From assembly GCA_049594615.1 (NCBI GenBank), contig JBMYJR010000002.1, forward strand, positions 39,028 to 103,027: DNA of 64,000 nucleotides, in the 5' to 3' direction. Source of the DNA: Flavobacteriales bacterium (lineage in GTDB: Bacteria > Bacteroidota > Bacteroidia > Flavobacteriales_D > Sanyastnellaceae). Numbering within the stretch: position 1 is the first letter of the stretch; every line of letters starts with the position of its first letter. Under the pieces are notes generated by a model, which searched no databases, was not told the DNA's origin, and worked only from the letters and a program-made list of their open reading frames with translations. A program made the position numbers and the translations under genes. Shown here in pieces: positions 10,813-19,906 of this stretch.

Positions 10813-10891
10813 GCCCTCCAACATTGGTGCAGGGTAGGGTTGGATGGTAGCCTGTGATGGTCGTACCTTATGGGGCTTAAACCAACCTGCA

Positions 10892-13261
10892 ATGAATAGA
10901 GTACTAATGCTTTGCGCTTTGATGTGCGCGATGGTCACCACGGGCATAGCCCAGTGTGACGACGGCGAAATGCAAATCGAAATCATCATCAACCCCGACC
11001 AATACGACTGGGAAACCAGCTGGGATCTGGTCGGTGTTTCCACCACTTATGCCAGCGGATTAGCAGAAGGCGCCACCGTGTGCGTGCCTGAAGGAGACTG
11101 CATTTCTTTCCTGCTTCACGACTCTTACGGCGACGGTATTTTCAACGCGGACGCGTACACCATCAACATCGACGGCGAGCTTTTTGAAACCGGCACGTTC
11201 GACGGGCATGAGCACCAAGTGATCATCGATTGCTGGGAGGGAGGTGTGTGCGATACAGCAACTGCGATTGAACCGGGAGATTGGGTCGCCTCAAATGGCA
11301 ACGCTTGGTATACGTTTACCCCCGAGGTGAACGGCATGTATTTGGTGACAACCTGCGCCGAGGCCAACACGTGCGACACACGCATATGGATCTACGACTA
11401 CTGCAACATGTCCAACTTTGACAACAGCAATGAGGGATCCATCTATTTCGATGACAATGAAGGTGGGTGTGGAGAACAAGCCCAGTTCAATGCGTTGTTG
11501 GAAGGAGGGGTAACCTATTGGATTCGGATTGGGAGCACCGCGGGAGATTGCGGAGGTACCGATGTGTTCTGGAGCTTGAGCTACAATGGCTTGCCTGAAG
11601 GTTGCACGGATCCTGAAGCTTGCAATTACTCACCGATTGCTGATCTCGATGATGGCACTTGCGTGTATGAAGGTGATCCCTTGTGTGCAGCGCCAGACTT
11701 GATTATCGTCGAAGAAGCCATCGCCAACAGCATTTATGCCGAAGTGATGTTTGTAGACGAGAGCGATTGTTACATCGAAGAGGGCTGCCTAAACGGGTAC
11801 GGTGAGCGCGAGCTTATTCGATTTACGACACACATCAAGAACATTGGTGATGTAGATTACTACATCGGTTCTGCAGGGGATCCAGATGCTCCCGAGCAAT
11901 TCGAATGGGGTGACTGCCACAACCACTGGCACTACGAAGGATACGCAGCTTACATGCTCACCGATGCAGAAGACAATCTTCTTCCCATTGGACAAAAGAA
12001 TGGCTTTTGCGTGATGGACCTGGAGTGTTCAGACGGAGGGACTTTTCAATACGGTTGTAGCGTGATGGGTATTTCGGCGCACTGTGGCGACATATACGGA
12101 TCTGGTCTGAGCTGCCAATGGATCGACGTGACAGGCATTGCCGATGGGATCTACAAATTGGGTGTTATTGTGAACTGGGATCACACACCAGATGCCCTCG
12201 GACGTGAAGAAGCATCTTACGACAACAATTGGGGCCAAGTCTGCCTCGAATTGGACCGCACAAGCGGCGAATTAGAAGTGGTTGTCGTCGAAGAAAATTG
12301 TGAACCCTATGTGGATTGCAATGGGAATGTATGGGGCAATGCGACCGTGGACTGCAACGGTGAATGCGGAGGCTCAGCCCTTGCTGGAGATCTGGATGCC
12401 AATGGCGAACAGGAGTTGATCGATGCTGAAATGTACGTAGATCATATCCTGGGTGATGACATCGAAAGCACGCTATGTAACGACCTGAACGCGAGTGGCA
12501 GCATTACTGTCGCAGATGCCGCACTCTTGAGCCTGTGCAATGTGTACAATCTCGCTCACGAACACCCAGACAGTTCTGGGGTCCACAACAAATGCAATCT
12601 GCCTACCGATAACATTGTAAATGTCTTCGATACCACCACCTTCTCGATTGGCAATGTCAACTTCAATGAGAATTATTTGGATGTTCATGTGAAGAACCCC
12701 TACAACCGCATTGTAGGCTACCAGTTTTCGCTGACAGGGTTGGAGATCACCTCAGTGGTGTCCATTGCGGATCCGATAGGTTACCCGATTACTCCTTCAT
12801 TTTTGTTGGGTGGTCAAGAGGTTATCGGATTGAGTTACCAAGATTCTAGTTTGGCCAAGAGTCCAGAATTCCAGGCGTTGTGCCGTGTGTACTTTATCAA
12901 TCCTGAAGATGAGATTTGTATTGACCCCGTAGTGGATGTGGTGAATGAGGATTATCACACCACCTTGCATAATGTGGTTGATGGTTGTGTGATCAGCAGT
13001 TCTGTTGACGAGGTGGCACTCCAACGTGAAGTCATGTTCTCACCCAATCCCATGACCCAAGAGGCCACATTAAGCTTTTACAACCCCACACGCGAACAAT
13101 TCACCCTGGTCATCACCGATTTGGCCGGACGTGAGGTGATGCGTCAGACCGGTATCACCGGAACTTCTGTGCGCATTGATCGCGGCGATTTGGCGGTAGG
13201 AACGTACCAATACGTCTTGCAAGGACGTATACGTTACACCGGCAAATTCGGTGTGCGGTAA
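10892..13261 (+). CDS. Secreted multidomain lysyl oxidase (LOX)-like copper amine oxidase with dockerin-like pair, cohesin-like module and T9SS type A C-terminal sorting domain
   Basis: Signal peptide MNRVLMLCALMCAMVTTGIAQ. The LOX catalytic domain (nt ~11690-12253) aligns by eye to animal LOX: LIRFTTHIKNIGDVDY; FEWGDCHNHWHY, which carries the Cu His triad CH-xH-xH; GQKNGFCVMD, the LTQ lysine; CGDIYGSGLSCQWIDVTGIADGIYKL, the LTQ tyrosine; and SYDNNWGQVC. The C-terminus (FSPNPMTQEATLSF...GTYQYVLQG) is of Por_Secre_tail type. Confidence 0.85.
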   Translation: MNRVLMLCALMCAMVTTGIAQCDDGEMQIEIIINPDQYDWETSWDLVGVSTTYASGLAEGATVCVPEGDCISFLLHDSYGDGIFNADAYTINIDGELFETGTFDGHEHQVIIDCWEGGVCDTATAIEPGDWVASNGNAWYTFTPEVNGMYLVTTCAEANTCDTRIWIYDYCNMSNFDNSNEGSIYFDDNEGGCGEQAQFNALLEGGVTYWIRIGSTAGDCGGTDVFWSLSYNGLPEGCTDPEACNYSPIADLDDGTCVYEGDPLCAAPDLIIVEEAIANSIYAEVMFVDESDCYIEEGCLNGYGERELIRFTTHIKNIGDVDYYIGSAGDPDAPEQFEWGDCHNHWHYEGYAAYMLTDAEDNLLPIGQKNGFCVMDLECSDGGTFQYGCSVMGISAHCGDIYGSGLSCQWIDVTGIADGIYKLGVIVNWDHTPDALGREEASYDNNWGQVCLELDRTSGELEVVVVEENCEPYVDCNGNVWGNATVDCNGECGGSALAGDLDANGEQELIDAEMYVDHILGDDIESTLCNDLNASGSITVADAALLSLCNVYNLAHEHPDSSGVHNKCNLPTDNIVNVFDTTTFSIGNVNFNENYLDVHVKNPYNRIVGYQFSLTGLEITSVVSIADPIGYPITPSFLLGGQEVIGLSYQDSSLAKSPEFQALCRVYFINPEDEICIDPVVDVVNEDYHTTLHNVVDGCVISSSVDEVALQREVMFSPNPMTQEATLSFYNPTREQFTLVITDLAGREVMRQTGITGTSVRIDRGDLAVGTYQYVLQGRIRYTGKFGVR

Positions 13262-13278
13262 TTCCACTAAACACAATA

Positions 13279-13316
13279 CCCCGATCGACGTGAAACCACG
13301 ATCGGGGTTTTGTGTT
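13279..13316 (+). terminator. Rho-independent terminator of the lysyl oxidase-like gene
   Basis: ccccgatcg...cgatcgggg hairpin followed by ttttgtgttt, 18 nt after the stop. Confidence 0.75.
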
Positions 13317-13401
13317 TCACTTGTGTGAATCTTTCGTTAACAAGACCGTGCAACCTTCTGTATCTTTACCGTGTCTGTTTTGAGACGCGAAACCGCCTGC
13401 A

Positions 13402-16400
13402 ATGCGAATATTTTTGAACCATGCGATCATCCTGCTTGCGCTCTTGCCCTTCTCGGGCGCTGCCCAAGTGGTGATCAACGAATTTACAGCTGCCAACTAC
13501 AACGACTGGGACGTGGGCGACGAACACGACTGGATTGAGTTGTACAATACCGGCACGGCTGCCTTTGATCTGTCCGGACACTTCCTGTCGGACAACATGG
13601 ACAACCCCGATAAATGGGAATTCCCTGCCGGTACCGTTTTGAACGCCGGTGAGCACGCAGTGGTGCTCTGCTCGGGCTTGGGCGACACCAACCCCTACGC
13701 TTTTGGATACATGAATTCCAACTTCCGCCTCCGCCAAACCGGCAACGAGGAAGTGGTGTTTACAGATCCTTCGGGGACCATTCTGGAGGTCTACGAGTTC
13801 AACGTGATCGGTGCGGTACAGACAGACATGTCTTGGGGCCGCAACGGCGATGGTGGTGCCGACTGGGTCATCTATCCAGACCCCACCCCGAATAACAGCA
13901 ATACTGGTCCTACTGGCACGGCGTTCGCCGCGAAGCCACAATTCAATTTGGAAGCTGGCTACTACCCAGCATCCATCGAAGTGGAAATCACAACCCCCGA
14001 AGCAGGGGCAGAGATCCGTTACACCTTGAACGGTGATGCACCCACCGCCGCGTCCACCCTGTATACCGGCCCCATCACGGTGGCCAATACAACGGTGATT
14101 CGCTCTGTAGCCATCCATCCGGATGACAATATCTTGGACAGTTTCAATGAAACCAACACCTACTTCATTGGTGCTGATAGTCACGTGATCCCAGTGGTCA
14201 GTGTTTCAGGGGATGATATCGGCGACGGTTCTTGGCCTTGGGGCGATGGTGAGGTGTGTGCCATCGAGTTCTTTGACGAAAACGGCGTGTTCATTGACGA
14301 CGCAGAAGGCGACTCCAACGAGCATGGCAACGATTCAAACGCCTACGACCAGCGCGGGTTTGATTACATCACCCGCGACCAGATGGGGTACGACCATGCC
14401 ATCCACCACAACCCGTTCCCGGGCTACACCGATCGCGACGAGTACCAGCGTTTCATCTTCAAGGCTGCGGCCAACGACAATTACAGTTTTGCCAACGGCG
14501 CGCACTGCCGTGACCTGTTCTGCCACATGATCTCCGAAGCCGGTGACATGAAGTTGGACGAACGCCGCGGCTCCTACTGCATTGTATACCTCAATGGAGA
14601 ATACTGGGGCGTGTACGACATCCGCGAAAAGGCTGATGACTTGGACTACACCCGCTACTACTACGACCAACCCCGCGGTTTTGTGGATTGGCTCAAGACT
14701 TGGGGCGGTACCTGGGAAGAGTACGGTACGGGCGATGACTGGTACGACTTGGTAGACTTCATTACCGGCAACGACATGACCGATGCGGCCAACTACGAGT
14801 ACGTGGAGTCGCAGCTCAACACCAAGAGTTTGATCGATTACTTCATCTTGAACACTTACGTGGTAAGTGCCGACTGGCTCAACTGGAACACCACTTGGTG
14901 GCGAGGACGTCATCCAGACGGCGACGCCAAGCGCTGGCGCTATGTCCTGTGGGACTTGGATGCCTCCTTTGGCCACTACGTGAACTACACCGGTATCCCT
15001 GACACTGGCCCCACCGCAGATCCATGTGACCCTGAAGGCATGGGCGACGTGGGCGGTCAAGGACACATCCCCGTACTCAACGCACTGCTGGACAACGAGG
15101 AATTCTACAGCACCTACCTCGCACGCTACGCATCGTACAGCAACACCATCTTCAGCTGTGAGTACATGAATGCGTTCTTGGACTCCATCACCGGCGTGAT
15201 CGCCCCCGAGATGCAACGCCAAGTGGACGTCTGGGGAGGCACCTACGCCGGCTGGGAGGATGCCATCCAAACCATGCGTGACTTCATCAACGACCGCTGT
15301 GCAGATGAGCTCATCGGCGGCATCGAAGATTGCTACGATGTTGAAGCAGTAACTGTGACTGTGATCATTGACGGCATCGGCCAAGTAGAAGTCGAAAACG
15401 CATTGATCAACTGGGACGAGTCTCCATGGGTGGGTACTTACTACACCGACATCGGCATTGACTTTGATGCCTTTGAGACTGCCGGTGTCTTTCTGGGTTG
15501 GGAAGTCTTGGAGGGGGACGTCACCATTGACGACCTGCTAGATCCAAGTTTCGAAACCACACTTACGGGGAACATCACGATTGTTGCTCACTTCGACACC
15601 AACATCGATCCGCAATTGGTCATGTACGACGTACAACCGGCAGGAGCAGGGGACATCCTTTTGGACGGGGCCTCAACAGCGCCACACGCCAACACCATCC
15701 TGACCGATGGTGGTACCCGTGTGATCACTGCTGTACCCAACGAGTGGTACGTGTTTGACGATTGGGACATCCTGAACGCCACCTTCATCCCTGGTGCTTC
15801 GGATACCACCGGAGCGGTCTTTATCAACCAGACCGATACCATCATCGCCAACTTTATAGAGATCCCTCACTTTGATGTGATGGTGGACGTTCAACCTGCA
15901 GGTGCAGGGTCCATTTCCATCGATGCGCTGGACTACCCAGACCTTCCTTGGGAAGGTACTTTGGCAGGTGAGGTAGACCTCCAGTTCGTCACCTCTCCTG
16001 TGGACGAGTGGAGTGAGTTCCAATACTGGATGGTGAACAACCACGTGGTGAGCCCAGACGAGTTCTCGGCCAACATGGTATTGAACCTGAACCAGACCGA
16101 TACCATTGTGGCGGTCTACGAAGTGACTCCACACAACGAAATCACGGTCATGATCGATCCCCCGCTTGCCGGCGCCGTGAAGCCCGGTGACGGCCCCATC
16201 GTTCAGGACAGCTGGACCGATGAGGTCGAAGCAGGCGTTAATCACTTGTATGTGGCTACGCCCATCGACTTCTGGCGATTTACCGGCTGGTCGGCCAGCA
16301 ACCACAGCCCTACGCCAGACAACCGAGAGCCTGTAGTAAACTTCAATTTCTCCCAGAACGACACCATCGTGGCGCACTTTGAAAAAGAAGAGTTCTCGTT

Positions 16401-16680
16401 CTACGTGCCCAACTCTTTCTCACCTGACAACGACGGTATCAATGAAGTGTGGCAACCGGTCAGCGGTGCCATCGATGCCGACAACTACGAGGTGTGGGTG
16501 TTTGGGCGCAACGGCGAAATCGTCTTCCACTCGACCAACCCCAACCAGGTTTGGGATGGCGGCCACACCGGCGGCGACCACTACGTACAGAACGAAACTT
16601 ACGCGTTCCGCATCGTGGTCAAACCGATACATGAATTGGAGCCGCGCACCATTACTGGTCACGTGACCTTGTTGCGTTAA
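13402..16680 (+). CDS. Lamin-tail-domain / CotH kinase-family protein with 4 tandem ~83-aa repeats and T9SS type B (gliding motility-associated) C-terminal domain
   Basis: LTD: VVINEFTAANYNDWDVGDEHDWIELYNTG...HFLSD. Chitobiase-C-like segment AGYYPASIEVEITTPEAGAEIRYTLNGDAPT. CotH core: YLNGEYWGVYDIREK, DYFILNTYVVSADWLNWNTTWW, RWRYVLWDLDASFGH. The C-terminus FYVPNSFSPDNDGINEVWQP...ETYAFRIVV is of type B CTD. Confidence 0.8.
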   Translation: MRIFLNHAIILLALLPFSGAAQVVINEFTAANYNDWDVGDEHDWIELYNTGTAAFDLSGHFLSDNMDNPDKWEFPAGTVLNAGEHAVVLCSGLGDTNPYAFGYMNSNFRLRQTGNEEVVFTDPSGTILEVYEFNVIGAVQTDMSWGRNGDGGADWVIYPDPTPNNSNTGPTGTAFAAKPQFNLEAGYYPASIEVEITTPEAGAEIRYTLNGDAPTAASTLYTGPITVANTTVIRSVAIHPDDNILDSFNETNTYFIGADSHVIPVVSVSGDDIGDGSWPWGDGEVCAIEFFDENGVFIDDAEGDSNEHGNDSNAYDQRGFDYITRDQMGYDHAIHHNPFPGYTDRDEYQRFIFKAAANDNYSFANGAHCRDLFCHMISEAGDMKLDERRGSYCIVYLNGEYWGVYDIREKADDLDYTRYYYDQPRGFVDWLKTWGGTWEEYGTGDDWYDLVDFITGNDMTDAANYEYVESQLNTKSLIDYFILNTYVVSADWLNWNTTWWRGRHPDGDAKRWRYVLWDLDASFGHYVNYTGIPDTGPTADPCDPEGMGDVGGQGHIPVLNALLDNEEFYSTYLARYASYSNTIFSCEYMNAFLDSITGVIAPEMQRQVDVWGGTYAGWEDAIQTMRDFINDRCADELIGGIEDCYDVEAVTVTVIIDGIGQVEVENALINWDESPWVGTYYTDIGIDFDAFETAGVFLGWEVLEGDVTIDDLLDPSFETTLTGNITIVAHFDTNIDPQLVMYDVQPAGAGDILLDGASTAPHANTILTDGGTRVITAVPNEWYVFDDWDILNATFIPGASDTTGAVFINQTDTIIANFIEIPHFDVMVDVQPAGAGSISIDALDYPDLPWEGTLAGEVDLQFVTSPVDEWSEFQYWMVNNHVVSPDEFSANMVLNLNQTDTIVAVYEVTPHNEITVMIDPPLAGAVKPGDGPIVQDSWTDEVEAGVNHLYVATPIDFWRFTGWSASNHSPTPDNREPVVNFNFSQNDTIVAHFEKEEFSFYVPNSFSPDNDGINEVWQPVSGAIDADNYEVWVFGRNGEIVFHSTNPNQVWDGGHTGGDHYVQNETYAFRIVVKPIHELEPRTITGHVTLLR
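15343..16377 (+). repeat. Four tandem ~83-aa domain repeats inside the CotH protein
   Basis: Each unit has V(T/M)V..D(V)QPAGAG...W.(F/Y).(G)W......(T)I(V/I)A.F, for example VMYDVQPAGAGDILLDG...TDTIIANF and VMVDVQPAGAGSISID...TDTIVAVY. This resembles divergent InlB B-repeat-type domains. Confidence 0.7.
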
Positions 16681-16683
16681 GAC

Positions 16684-17436
16684 ATGCACGTTTCCCTGGA
16701 CGGACAGGCCATCTTGGTCACCGGTTCCAGCCGGGGCATCGGCCGTGAGCTTGCCATTTCATTGGCGAATTCGGGCGCCCAGGTGTGCATCCATTACAAC
16801 ACGTCAAAAAATGAAGCAGAGGCCTTGGCCTATGAATTAGGTCCGGGCTGCTTTGCTTTACAGGCCAATTTGGAAGACCCCGATGCGGTCGAGCGCCTCT
16901 TCTCCCAATGTGTAGATAGAGTGGGCAAATTAACGGGTCTGATCAACAATGCGGCTGTGGCCCTGAGCGCCGCACCAAACAGTCCGCAGTGGCTCGAGTT
17001 CTGGCAACGCACCATGGACATCAATGCGCAAGCTGCTGCCCAACTTTCCATGCTTGCTGTGGCGCATTTCACTGCGAATGGAGGGGGACGTCTGGTGCAC
17101 ATGGCCTCCCGCGCAGCACACCGTGGCGATACGGTGGATTATTTGGCATATGCCGCCAGTAAGGCCGCTGTGGTGGCACTCAGCAAATCGCTAGCACGTG
17201 CATACGGCAAGGACAACATCCAGTCCTTTGCCCTGGCCCCCGGCTTTGTCAATACCGACATGGCCCAAGACTTTGTGGAGCAATACGGAGAAGAGTATCT
17301 ACTGCAAGGCATGGCTCTTGATCAAATGACACGCCCCGAACATTTGGCGCCACTCACAACCCTCATCCTCAGTGGCATGATGGACCATGCTACGGGGCAA
17401 ACGTTTGACCTGAACGCAGGCAGCTACCTACGTTAG
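16684..17436 (+). CDS. SDR family oxidoreductase
   Basis: Glycine-rich NAD(P) motif VTGSSRGIGRE and catalytic YAASKAA (YxxxK). Confidence 0.8.
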   Translation: MHVSLDGQAILVTGSSRGIGRELAISLANSGAQVCIHYNTSKNEAEALAYELGPGCFALQANLEDPDAVERLFSQCVDRVGKLTGLINNAAVALSAAPNSPQWLEFWQRTMDINAQAAAQLSMLAVAHFTANGGGRLVHMASRAAHRGDTVDYLAYAASKAAVVALSKSLARAYGKDNIQSFALAPGFVNTDMAQDFVEQYGEEYLLQGMALDQMTRPEHLAPLTTLILSGMMDHATGQTFDLNAGSYLR

Positions 17437-17441
17437 GGCAT

Positions 17442-17470
17442 AAAAAAAGGGCACCCGCTCGGACGCCCTT
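17442..17470 (-). terminator. Probable terminator of the YceI gene
   Basis: On the minus strand, aagggc..gccctt hairpin followed by T7. Lies between convergent genes. Confidence 0.5.
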
Positions 17471-17494
17471 CATCTCTTCGATTGAGACGTTCGC

Positions 17495-18130
17495 CTACTT
17501 TGCAGTCTCCATTTCGGTAGACGCTTCGAGGTTGAAGCCAATTTCCATGTTGTCGCCCAAGGTAGCGTCGCCCAGCGATGAGCCGTACTCAACGCCCCAC
17601 TGGGTGCGGTCGATCACTACAGAGCCTTTGGCAGCCATCTTTCCGTCCAACTCGCTCATACGGATGGGGAAGCTGATTTCGCGGCTAACGCCCTTGAGTT
17701 CAAGGTTGCCGCCCAAGATGCCATCTGCGTGCTTGGTTACTGTGAAGGTGGCATAGGGGTGGGTTGCAACGTCAAAGAAATCGGGGCTGCTGAGGTGACC
17801 CACCAAATTTGCGCGTTGTTCTTTATCCTCGAGATCGGTATTGGCCATGGTGTTCATATCGATGATAACCATGCCTGAGGTAATCACACCGCCTTCAATG
17901 GTGACCTTGCCTTTCTTGATGCCAATGGTGCCGTTGTGGCCGCCGCCAATGATTTTGGTGCCTTCCCAGGTGACCGAGCTGGCGTCGGTGCTGACAAAGT
18001 AATCGGTGCTAGTGGCTTCAGCTACAGCAGGTTCTGCAGGTGCTTGTGATTCAACAGCGGTGGTGCTTTCGCCGCATGAGGCAAACAGGGCAACACCGGC
18101 TGCAAGTGCGAAGGTGTAAATCGCTTTCAT
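17495..18130 (-). CDS. YceI family lipid/polyisoprenoid-binding lipoprotein
   Basis: Lipobox MKAIYTFALAAGVALFASC. YceI-like blocks SSVTWEGTK, IDMNTMANTD, HLSSPDFFDVATHPYATF. Confidence 0.7.
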   Translation of the reverse strand: MKAIYTFALAAGVALFASCGESTTAVESQAPAEPAVAEATSTDYFVSTDASSVTWEGTKIIGGGHNGTIGIKKGKVTIEGGVITSGMVIIDMNTMANTDLEDKEQRANLVGHLSSPDFFDVATHPYATFTVTKHADGILGGNLELKGVSREISFPIRMSELDGKMAAKGSVVIDRTQWGVEYGSSLGDATLGDNMEIGFNLEASTEMETAK

Positions 18131-18221
18131 AATTGTTTCGGATTCAGATTATGGACGCAAATATATGTTTAGAACAACAGTTGTGCATAACGTAAGTTCG
18201 CAAAATAATTGTAATCGTCCG

Positions 18222-19817
18222 CTACGCCTCGGCCAGCTTGAATTCTGATGTGAAATGGAATTCGAGGTCGGGGTAGTTTTGGCGCTCCATATCGAGCATA
18301 AACTGGCTCGGAGCGAGGAAAACATCCAACCCATCTTTGTCCTTGACCACCTCTTGGCCTTTGATGCGTTTGAATTCCATGAGCTTCTCTTCGTTGTCTG
18401 AGGTCAACCAGCAGGCCTTGAAGTAGTTCTTGGGCTGGAATTCACATTTGGCACCGTACTCGTTCTCCAGACGGTACTTGATCACTTCAAACTGCAGCTC
18501 GCCGACGGTACCCACAATTTTTCGGTTGCCCACTGGGGTGTAGAACACCTGTGCAACACCTTCCTCAGTGAGTTGTCGAATACCTTTGTCCAACTGCTTG
18601 CTCTTCATGGGGTCTTTGTTGACCAGTTCCTTGAAGATCTCTGGCGAGAAGCTTGGGATGCCTCGGAACATGAGCGGTTCGCCTTCGGTCAGGGTATCGC
18701 CGATTTTGAAGTTTCCGGTGTCATAAAGGCCCACCACATCCCCAGGAAAGGCTTCGTCCACCACGTTTTTGGAGCTGGCCATAAAGGTGGCCGGATTGGC
18801 AAATTTGAGTTGCTTCTCCAGGCGCACGTGGGTGTAGAACTTGTTGCGCTCGAACTTGCCCGAGCACACGCGCACAAATGCAATGCGATCGCGGTGGCGC
18901 GGATCGATGTTGGCGTGGATCTTGAACACAAAGCCCGAGAACTTGGCCTCGGTAGGTTGCACCTCACGGGTTTGCGCTTCACGCGATTTGGGAGTGGGGG
19001 CGATCTCGATGAACTTGTCGAGCATCTCCTGTACGCCAAAGTTATTCACCGCGGATCCAAAGAACACCGGGGCGAGTTTGCCTTCGCGGTAAGCTTCTAT
19101 GTCAAAGTCGTCGTACACGCCGTCAACCAACTCGGCTTCTTCGCGCAGTTCGTCGGCCAGGTCTTCACCCACGAGCTGTTCCAAGCGTTCGTCGTCGAGG
19201 TCGTTGATCTCCACCACGTCCTGGGCAATCTTGGTCTTGGAGGCGTCAAACAGGTTGAGTTTCTTCTCGTAGAGCTTGTACACGCCTTTGAAGGTATGGC
19301 CTATTCCAATGGGCCAAGAGAGTGGACGCACGCGGATGTCGAGTTTTTCTTCCAACTCATCCAACAGGTCAAAAGCATCGCGGCCTTCGAGGTCCATTTT
19401 GTTGATGAAGACGATCACCGGGGTGTCGCGCATGCGGCAGACTTCCATCAGGCGCTCGGTCTGGGCCTCCACGCCTTTTACGCAGTCGATCACCAAAATG
19501 ACGCTGTCCACCGCAGTCAGGGTGCGGTAGGTGTCTTCTGCAAAGTCCTTGTGACCTGGTGTGTCGAGCAGGTTCACCAGCATGTCCTTGTAGTGGAAGG
19601 CCATCACCGAGGTGGCCACCGAAATCCCACGCTGCTTCTCGATCTCCATGAAATCCGAGGCGGCGGTTTTGGTGATCTTGTTGCTCTTGACGGCACCCGC
19701 GGTTTGGATGGCGCCTCCAAACAGGAGGAGCTTCTCGGTCAGGGTGGTCTTACCCGCATCCGGGTGGGAAATGATGGCGAAGGTTTTGCGCTTCGCGATT
19801 TCGACGTTCAAACTCAT
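18222..19817 (-). CDS. prfC: Peptide chain release factor 3
   Basis: GTPase motifs [18 protein letters not shown] (G1), DTPGHKDF (G3), NKMD (G4). Full-length RF3-like. Start placed at ATG 19817 ([13 protein letters not shown]). The track extension to 19955 adds a non-conserved leader. Confidence 0.9.
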   Translation of the reverse strand: MSLNVEIAKRKTFAIISHPDAGKTTLTEKLLLFGGAIQTAGAVKSNKITKTAASDFMEIEKQRGISVATSVMAFHYKDMLVNLLDTPGHKDFAEDTYRTLTAVDSVILVIDCVKGVEAQTERLMEVCRMRDTPVIVFINKMDLEGRDAFDLLDELEEKLDIRVRPLSWPIGIGHTFKGVYKLYEKKLNLFDASKTKIAQDVVEINDLDDERLEQLVGEDLADELREEAELVDGVYDDFDIEAYREGKLAPVFFGSAVNNFGVQEMLDKFIEIAPTPKSREAQTREVQPTEAKFSGFVFKIHANIDPRHRDRIAFVRVCSGKFERNKFYTHVRLEKQLKFANPATFMASSKNVVDEAFPGDVVGLYDTGNFKIGDTLTEGEPLMFRGIPSFSPEIFKELVNKDPMKSKQLDKGIRQLTEEGVAQVFYTPVGNRKIVGTVGELQFEVIKYRLENEYGAKCEFQPKNYFKACWLTSDNEEKLMEFKRIKGQEVVKDKDGLDVFLAPSQFMLDMERQNYPDLEFHFTSEFKLAEA

Positions 19818-19906
19818 GGACTCAGCGACTGGAACGGCAAAGGTAGCAAGTCTTTCGCGTGGTGCCTTTCGGCAATTCGTACCTTTCAAGTACCAAATGA
19901 ATTGCC

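Noticed and set aside
10417-11046. 209-aa minus-strand ORF spanning the intergenic spacer and the LOX gene start.
   Set aside because: It has no coding bias upstream of 10521, crosses a + strand terminator, and overlaps the LOX signal peptide region. Only the last 34 codons look like a real (small) gene.
14335-15384. Long antisense ORFs of 349 to 449 aa. This one, plus 45933..46928, 47439..48557, 49508..50857, 18573..19910, 37165..38223, 5737..6669, 41391..42254, 22402..23190 and 58089..58775.
   Set aside because: Each lies entirely opposite a gene with strong family motifs (CotH, holA, ccmC, ccmF, prfC, prmC/TBDR, OMP, asparaginase, SDR, response regulator). All show shadow-ORF composition and none has independent support.
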